Below are positions 47,621 to 52,738 of a stretch of 52,738 nucleotides of DNA, one piece after another. The notes beneath the pieces were generated by a model. That model was not told the origin of the DNA. It was given only the letters and a program-made list of their open reading frames with translations, and made no database searches. This stretch comes from Patescibacteria group bacterium (GTDB lineage Bacteria; Patescibacteriota; Microgenomatia; UBA10105; UBA927). The stretch is taken from positions 194,784 through 247,521 of the forward strand of contig JBMOPU010000033.1 of assembly GCA_049322955.1 (NCBI GenBank). Reading direction: 5' to 3'. A program made the translations under genes and the position numbers. Positions within the stretch are counted from its first letter, which is position 1; the number at the start of each line of letters is the position of its first letter.

Positions 47621-48136
47621 ATGGAAGAATCGTCCCAAACACCGATCTCCAAAGAACCCGTGAGCTTGCCCGCCAAGGAACGGGAGGCGACGATCACAAA
47701 TTTCCGCGAAAAACGGCTAGTCATGTGGAAAACACTCGTAGATACCATGAAGAAACACCCCAACGTTTCCCGGGTGCTTTCCGCCGCAGTTAATGCCACC
47801 GTGGGATCATATGTGAAGTTGAGTGCCGAAGCCTACACGGGAAAAACCATTGATCAGCAGAATCTCACCCCGCTAGGACGGATTGTCCATGCGTTTATTG
47901 TGGGCACGGGGCTTGCATCGTACGGACTCGTCGCCGCGGGAAGACCGGAAATTGCGGCAGTAGCATACGGCTCGTCGTGGGCGGCATACGCCATCATGTA
48001 CGGCCCTGAAATTATCGCCCCGACACTCCGCGCGGCGGCAAAGGGTATTGAGACAAAGCACCAGACTACCGCAAATATTTTGCAAGCGGTCGCCGCGGTG
48101 GTAGAGAAACCAAAGAAATTGTTTTTTAAGATATAG
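47621..48136 (+). CDS. hypothetical protein with hydrophobic C-terminal half
   Basis: GGAGG 5 nt upstream of the ATG at 47621. Ala/Gly-rich helices. Confidence 0.45.
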   Translation: MEESSQTPISKEPVSLPAKEREATITNFREKRLVMWKTLVDTMKKHPNVSRVLSAAVNATVGSYVKLSAEAYTGKTIDQQNLTPLGRIVHAFIVGTGLASYGLVAAGRPEIAAVAYGSSWAAYAIMYGPEIIAPTLRAAAKGIETKHQTTANILQAVAAVVEKPKKLFFKI

Positions 48137-48138
48137 TC

Positions 48139-48309
48139 ATGGACGAACTTAACGAAATTATCGAACACCTTGTCTCGCTTGGTGAAGATAGGGATGAATT
48201 GGAATTTTGGCGTACGGTGGCACCGTCATTCCCTCCTGACAAGCAACGGGAACTTATCAACAATCTAACCGAAGAACTTCAGTCACTCCAAAAATCGTCC
48301 GAATCCTAA
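48139..48309 (+). CDS. small hypothetical protein (56 aa, below the ORF-track cutoff)
   Basis: ATG 2 nt after the upstream stop. MDELNEIIEHLVSLGEDRDELEFWRTVAPSFPPDKQRELINNLTEELQSLQKSSES, acidic and helical. Confidence 0.35.
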   Translation: MDELNEIIEHLVSLGEDRDELEFWRTVAPSFPPDKQRELINNLTEELQSLQKSSES

Positions 48310-48356
48310 CTTTTCGCCAGTAGAGGAAGGTGACAACATTTGATATACTATAGGGT

Positions 48357-48896
48357 ATGTCAAAAGAACACGGCGATGAGCTACTCAGCAAAATGTTCCC
48401 GCGGGCACGATTTATTGATCGCATCGAATCGATCGTACTGCAGGAGGGAAACGATGCAATCCACGTGTATCCTTTGGAGTTTACATTCGACCATATTGCG
48501 CTCTATCAGGCGCATACGGAAGAGTTGGCGGGGATGGTGGAACACGCAGATACCCGTGTTGCGGTCGCCGGTCAGCAAATTCCTGTGCGTATCAACCGTA
48601 TCCGTTCGATTCACACCCTGCCTGATAATCGTGTATTTACCCGAAGCAGATATGCCGGTCCGTTTTCACTTGATACCTGTCTCGGAAAATGGGGATTACC
48701 ACGGTGGTTTAGCATAGCAAAACCGTCCCATAAACTGATTCGCGACTTGGATATCGCGATAGATAAAGCAGTCGTGCACGATGTGGGCTATTTCAATATT
48801 CCCAATGAATTTGAACTTGCTAGCAAAAATATTCATATCGAGCGGCAGGGATTTACGATTGTTGATATTGCCGCCATCCTGGAGCGGATATGGTGA
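48357..48896 (+). CDS. hypothetical protein
   Basis: 179-aa ORF. No recognisable motif. Confidence 0.45.
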   Translation: MSKEHGDELLSKMFPRARFIDRIESIVLQEGNDAIHVYPLEFTFDHIALYQAHTEELAGMVEHADTRVAVAGQQIPVRINRIRSIHTLPDNRVFTRSRYAGPFSLDTCLGKWGLPRWFSIAKPSHKLIRDLDIAIDKAVVHDVGYFNIPNEFELASKNIHIERQGFTIVDIAAILERIW

Positions 48897-48935
48897 TCTC
48901 CGCAACCCCCATGTCGGCGGTGCTATACTGACCGT

Positions 48936-49355
48936 ATGTCCTGGTTTATTTATGCCATCCTTTCCGCTGTTTTTGCCGCTCTTACGGCGATTCTTGCCAA
49001 AATAGGCATAAAAAACGTCGATTCGAATCTGGCGACCGCCGTCCGCACGGTCGTTATCCTCCTTTTTGCCTGGGGTATCGTGTTTTGGCAGGGAACGGCA
49101 AGCAAGCTCACCGCAATTTCCCAGTATTCGCTGGTGTTTCTGGTGCTCTCGGGAGTGACGACGGGTCTTTCCTGGCTGTTTTATTTCCGGGCGTTGCAGG
49201 TAGGGAAAGCGTCACAGGTTGCCCCGATTGATAAGTTGAGTCTTGTTATCACCATCATTCTTGCCGCCGTTATTCTCAAGGAGAAAGTAAGCGTTTCCAC
49301 CCTTATTGGCGGTATCCTTATGGCCGTGGGAGCCCTGTTAATTAGCCTCGGATAA
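48936..49355 (+). CDS. single-EamA-domain (DMT superfamily) small transporter
   Basis: 139 aa, 4-5 helices. ILSAVFAALTAILAKIG...YFRALQVGKASQVAPIDKLS. Confidence 0.8.
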   Translation: MSWFIYAILSAVFAALTAILAKIGIKNVDSNLATAVRTVVILLFAWGIVFWQGTASKLTAISQYSLVFLVLSGVTTGLSWLFYFRALQVGKASQVAPIDKLSLVITIILAAVILKEKVSVSTLIGGILMAVGALLISLG

Positions 49356-49379
49356 CCCCGTATGTGCCTAGTTTCTGCC

Positions 49380-49408
49380 TTGACAACCAAAAAGTAGTTT
49401 GAGACAAT
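49380..49408 (+). promoter_or_regulatory. candidate greA promoter (TTGACA-N17-GACAAT with upstream TG)
   Basis: Perfect -35. Weak -10 preceded by TGa. About 100-nt leader. Confidence 0.4.
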
Positions 49409-49456
49409 CTAACGTACGTCTGACGGCTAACGAGTCGAAAAGGCGAGAAATTATCG

Positions 49457-49492
49457 CTTCCCTGGCATTAAATACCGTGGGGAGTTTTTTTT
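49457..49492 (+). terminator. terminator-like hairpin plus T8 inside the greA leader (possible attenuator)
   Basis: CTTCCC-16 nt-GGGGAG followed by TTTTTTTT. Ends 15 nt before the greA ATG. Confidence 0.35.
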
Positions 49493-49507
49493 AAACGAGA
49501 GGATCGT

Positions 49508-49969
49508 ATGAACAACAACCATATTGTCGTTACCAAAGAAGGATTAGACACGCTCAAAGCGGAATATGACGAACTGATAAATGTCAAGCGCCCCGCGGCT
49601 GTCACCCGGCTTGCCAATGCCCGTGAACAGGGTGATTTGTCTGAAAATAGCGAATATACCGATGCCAAACAAAATTTGGCATTCATTGACGGCAGAATCG
49701 CCGAACTCGAAATCGTGCTTCACGACGTACAGGTCGTCACCACCCACACCAAAGGTCACGTGGACGTGGGATGCAAAGTCACGCTTCATATAAACGGCAA
49801 AAAAGAAGTATTCACCGTCGTCGGAGAATGGGAGGCGGATCCGTCAAGCAAGAAGATCTCCCACGAATCGCCGCTTGGCAAGGCACTCCTTGGCAAGAAG
49901 GTAGGCGAGCAGGTTGAAGTGGAAGCGCCGGCGGGCAAGATCCACTACAAGGTTTTACATATAGAGTAA
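49508..49969 (+). CDS. greA: transcription elongation factor GreA
   Basis: 153 aa. GDLSENSEYTDAKQ tip, ISHESPLGKALLGKKVGE. Confidence 0.92.
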   Translation: MNNNHIVVTKEGLDTLKAEYDELINVKRPAAVTRLANAREQGDLSENSEYTDAKQNLAFIDGRIAELEIVLHDVQVVTTHTKGHVDVGCKVTLHINGKKEVFTVVGEWEADPSSKKISHESPLGKALLGKKVGEQVEVEAPAGKIHYKVLHIE

Positions 49970-49990
49970 AACCCAAAAACATTGAAACCG

Positions 49991-50014
49991 AAACCCGCCG
50001 AAAGGCGGGTTTTT
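49991..50014 (+). terminator. rho-independent terminator after greA
   Basis: AAACCCGCC-gaaa-GGCGGGTTT followed by TT. Confidence 0.7.
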
Positions 50015-50118
50015 AGTACGCACGCGTGAACAACGAAAGAATATCGGCAAGTCTCATATGAGAATAATGGGTACTGATTGAATAGATCAAAGTAATATAC
50101 GATAATCGGAGTACGCAT

Positions 50119-52182
50119 ATGGCAACAATTGACACGCTGAAAAAAATACGACTTGAGAAGCTGGAAGCCCTGAAAAACCAAGGGATAAATCCTTATCCTG
50201 CAACAGCCCGACGGGATCAACGAATCTTAGATGCCCGTCAGTCACTGAAAAAAGAAGTTGCGGTAGCGGGGAGAATCCGAGGACTCAGAGGGCATGGCAA
50301 AATCATGTTTGCCGATTTTGCCGATGAGAGCGCGAAAATACAGCTTGTTTTTAAAAGTGATTTGGTACATGAGCACGCCTTTACCTTGTTGCCGAACCTT
50401 GATATCGGTGACTTTCTTTCGGTCCAAGGAACGGTTGATACCACCCAGGCGGGAGAAATTTCGATCTTTGTTGCCGATTTTCAGATAATCTCCAAATCAT
50501 TGCGCCCGCTTCCCGATGAATGGTACGGACTTAAGGATGTCGAAGAACGGTATCGGCGGCGTCATTTGGATCTGCTTCTTAACCCCGATGTAAAAGCAAC
50601 GCTCGATAAACGATGGAAGATTGAACAGGCAATCCGCACGTTTCTTTGGAGTGAGGGCTATACGGAAGTTGAAACGCCGATTCTCCAGCCGTTATACGGG
50701 GGAACCAACGCAAAGCCCTTTACCACGCACCTTAACGCGCTTGATGTCGATTTTTATTTACGGATTGCGCCTGAGCTTTATCTCAAACGGCTTATTGTCG
50801 GCGGCTACGAGCGCATATTCGAAATCGCGAGAAATTTCCGCAATGAAGGAATGGATGCCACGCATCAGCCGGAATTTACCATGATGGAATTTTATGAAGC
50901 GTACGCGGATTATCATCGCATCATGGATCTTACCGAAGACCTCATCAAACATGCCGCACAAGCGGCGAATCAGAGCTACATGATCACGATCGACGGAAAA
51001 TCCATAGATATTTCCGGCAAATGGCGACGCATTACCGTGGATGAAGCACTCAAAGAATACGCGGGCATCGAATGGCAAAAAATTTCGGAAGAAGAAATCA
51101 AATCCCGACTCGAAAATGCCGGTGTTCAGGTTACCGGTGAGTGGAGCAGAGACAAAGCGCTTTTTGCGTTATACGACCATTTCGTGACACCGAAACTTAT
51201 CGAACCCACGTGGGTAATTGATTATCCGCGTGCCGTAAGCCCGCTTTCCAAAGAACACCGCACGAAAGAAGGCCGTGTAGAGCGGTTTGAAGGATATGTG
51301 GGGGGAAAAGAAATCTGTGACGGATGGAGTGAGATTAACAGCGGATTAGAGCAACGATCAAGGTTTGAACAAGAACAGCGCAACATGAAAGCGGGGGATG
51401 CGGAAGCACAGCCGCTCGATGAAGATTTTATCCAATCACTCGAATACGGAATGCCGCCTTTGGGGGGCATCGGTATCGGGATTGACCGATTAGTGATGCT
51501 TATTACCAATACGTGGATGATTCGGGAAGTGATTCCGTTCCCGCTCATGCGCCCCGAATCGATCTCCGGCACGGTTGCCGCGGTTTCCCTCAAGAAAGGT
51601 GAGGATAAGGATACAAGTGTATCGAAAAAAGTCGCGATGGATCTATTGCACGAGCATACGAAGAATGAAAATTTGCGGCGCCATATGTATGCCGTGGGAT
51701 ACGCCATGCGCGCACTCGCGGAAAAACTCGGCGGGGACTCAGATACCTGGGAAGTCATGGGATTGCTCCATGATGCCGACTGGGAAAAAACAAAAGATGC
51801 ACCGCATGAACATACCAAATTGACCCTTTCATGGCTTGCCGAAAAAGGGGTGACGGAAGGACGGTTGGTGCATGCCCTCATGTCCCACAACAGAAAGCAC
51901 ACGGATCTTGCCGAACTTGAGGGACTCATGGAATGGGCGCTGGAAACCGTGGATGAACTTACCGGATTTATCGTGGCCGTTACCCTTATGCGACCGGAAA
52001 AGAAACTCGAAAGCGTTGATGTCGCGGCAGTGATGAAAAAGTGGAAAACAAAGGCTTTTGCCGCGGCGGTGGATAGAGATCAAATCGCCCAGTGTGAGGA
52101 AAAATTGGGGATTCCGCTTTCGGAATTTATCACCATAACGCTTACCGCCATGCAAGCGCATCACGAAGAATTGGGGCTATAA
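50119..52182 (+). CDS. lysS: lysine--tRNA ligase (class II) fused to a C-terminal HD-domain hydrolase
   Basis: LysRS core to about residue 487 (FRNEGMD, EFTMMEFY, GIGIGIDRLVML, FPLMRPE). Then a linker and an approximately 180-aa HD domain (HMYAVGYAMRALAEKLG...GLLHDADWEK...HALMSHN). Confidence 0.93.
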   Translation: MATIDTLKKIRLEKLEALKNQGINPYPATARRDQRILDARQSLKKEVAVAGRIRGLRGHGKIMFADFADESAKIQLVFKSDLVHEHAFTLLPNLDIGDFLSVQGTVDTTQAGEISIFVADFQIISKSLRPLPDEWYGLKDVEERYRRRHLDLLLNPDVKATLDKRWKIEQAIRTFLWSEGYTEVETPILQPLYGGTNAKPFTTHLNALDVDFYLRIAPELYLKRLIVGGYERIFEIARNFRNEGMDATHQPEFTMMEFYEAYADYHRIMDLTEDLIKHAAQAANQSYMITIDGKSIDISGKWRRITVDEALKEYAGIEWQKISEEEIKSRLENAGVQVTGEWSRDKALFALYDHFVTPKLIEPTWVIDYPRAVSPLSKEHRTKEGRVERFEGYVGGKEICDGWSEINSGLEQRSRFEQEQRNMKAGDAEAQPLDEDFIQSLEYGMPPLGGIGIGIDRLVMLITNTWMIREVIPFPLMRPESISGTVAAVSLKKGEDKDTSVSKKVAMDLLHEHTKNENLRRHMYAVGYAMRALAEKLGGDSDTWEVMGLLHDADWEKTKDAPHEHTKLTLSWLAEKGVTEGRLVHALMSHNRKHTDLAELEGLMEWALETVDELTGFIVAVTLMRPEKKLESVDVAAVMKKWKTKAFAAAVDRDQIAQCEEKLGIPLSEFITITLTAMQAHHEELGL

Positions 52183-52214
52183 TTTTTTCACCTCACAACG
52201 TACGCTGGTGATAT

Positions 52215-52738
52215 ATGAAAAAGCAAAAGAAAAAAAGCGGGAACCGTTTGCCCCGTCGCGCGTTCACCCTCTGGAAGCCGTTATTTTGGGGAAGTCTGAT
52301 GATCACCGCACTTGCTGGGCTTGCCTGGTATGTACTGCTTCCCACAACGCAATACAGACTCCGGCGCGCTCTTATCCAGCGCAAATACCCCGATGCGAAC
52401 CAGTATCGTCGCCCCGTATTCCCGCTTCAATTTGCAGAATCCTCACCGGTACAGCGAACCTACTATCTATATCGTCTTTCGACATCGCAGGGAACGCTTG
52501 CTGAAATATATAGGAAAGAAGATGCGCCGTGGCGGACGAGTGCGATAGTGAGTGACGGCGTCATATACGTCGCGGATGGAAAAGCGCTTTATGCATTGCG
52601 CGGTACGTCCGGGGAGAAAGAAAAGATGTATGAAATCTCCGGCGATAACACCGCACTTTATCTGGTAAATAGCGCAGATGATGGCGTATACACCGTCCGA
52701 TTCAACGATGAAACCGATTATTCCCAAGATATGCAGGT
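52215..52738 (+). CDS. membrane-anchored hypothetical protein (5' partial, runs off the window)
   Basis: ATG at 52215; the frame is open to the window end, so it is absent from the ORF track. MKKQKKKSGNRLPRR, then a TM helix, then a beta-propeller-like DGVIYVADGKALYAL. Confidence 0.5.
   Translation, partial: MKKQKKKSGNRLPRRAFTLWKPLFWGSLMITALAGLAWYVLLPTTQYRLRRALIQRKYPDANQYRRPVFPLQFAESSPVQRTYYLYRLSTSQGTLAEIYRKEDAPWRTSAIVSDGVIYVADGKALYALRGTSGEKEKMYEISGDNTALYLVNSADDGVYTVRFNDETDYSQDMQ

Noticed and set aside
51549-51574. The LysRS/HD junction reads GCGCCCCGAATCGATCTCCGGCACGG. It contains a 10-mer (TCCGGCACGG) identical to the tRNA-Glu 3'-end repeat, plus CGAATC and the 8-mer GCGCCCCG found at the start of module G1. 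This is suggestive of an att-like scar at the fusion point.
   Set aside because: A 10-mer match somewhere in a 52.7-kb window on either strand is expected about 0.1 times by chance under uniform composition. GCGCCCCGAA is forced by the conserved MRPE codons. The evidence is too weak without comparative data.

Overview
This is a 52.7-kb, densely coded bacterial chromosomal segment. It uses the standard code, with TGA as a stop codon and many 4-nt ATGA gene overlaps. About 65 CDS and two tRNA genes are supportable.

Recognisable content:
- An ECF sigma/anti-sigma operon with secreted proteins.
- Many DNA-repair and nucleotide-salvage genes: a MutY-like glycosylase, MazG, a PD-(D/E)XK nuclease, deoxynucleoside kinase, mutS-mutL, ung, a RecD-like helicase and a purine nucleoside phosphorylase.
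- A DUF2079/GT2/LAB_N envelope glycosylation trio.
- An OmpR/histidine-kinase pair next to MacAB-type efflux genes.
- An extended suf Fe-S operon, followed by a ferredoxin and a 2-oxoacid:ferredoxin oxidoreductase.
- A CIRCE-controlled lon, two GreA paralogs, and a LysRS fused to an HD domain.

Gene content is compatible with an uncultivated, reduced-metabolism bacterium. That is inference only.

The most unusual signal is non-coding. Both tRNA genes, tRNA-Gln(CTG) at 14321 and tRNA-Glu(CTC) at 44949, are followed within 3 nt by long A-tract/T-tract palindromes. They are then followed by repeated 90-185-nt modules that end in exact copies of the tRNA 3' end. Paired copies of these modules keep their helices through compensatory substitutions. 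The modules read like tRNA T-arms split in the T-loop by a structured insert.

At the Gln locus they bracket a visibly AT-rich single-gene cargo, an asparaginase N-domain ORF. No recombinase is present in the window. I interpret these as a candidate family of non-autonomous, tRNA-3'-end-associated structured elements. Their function is unknown.
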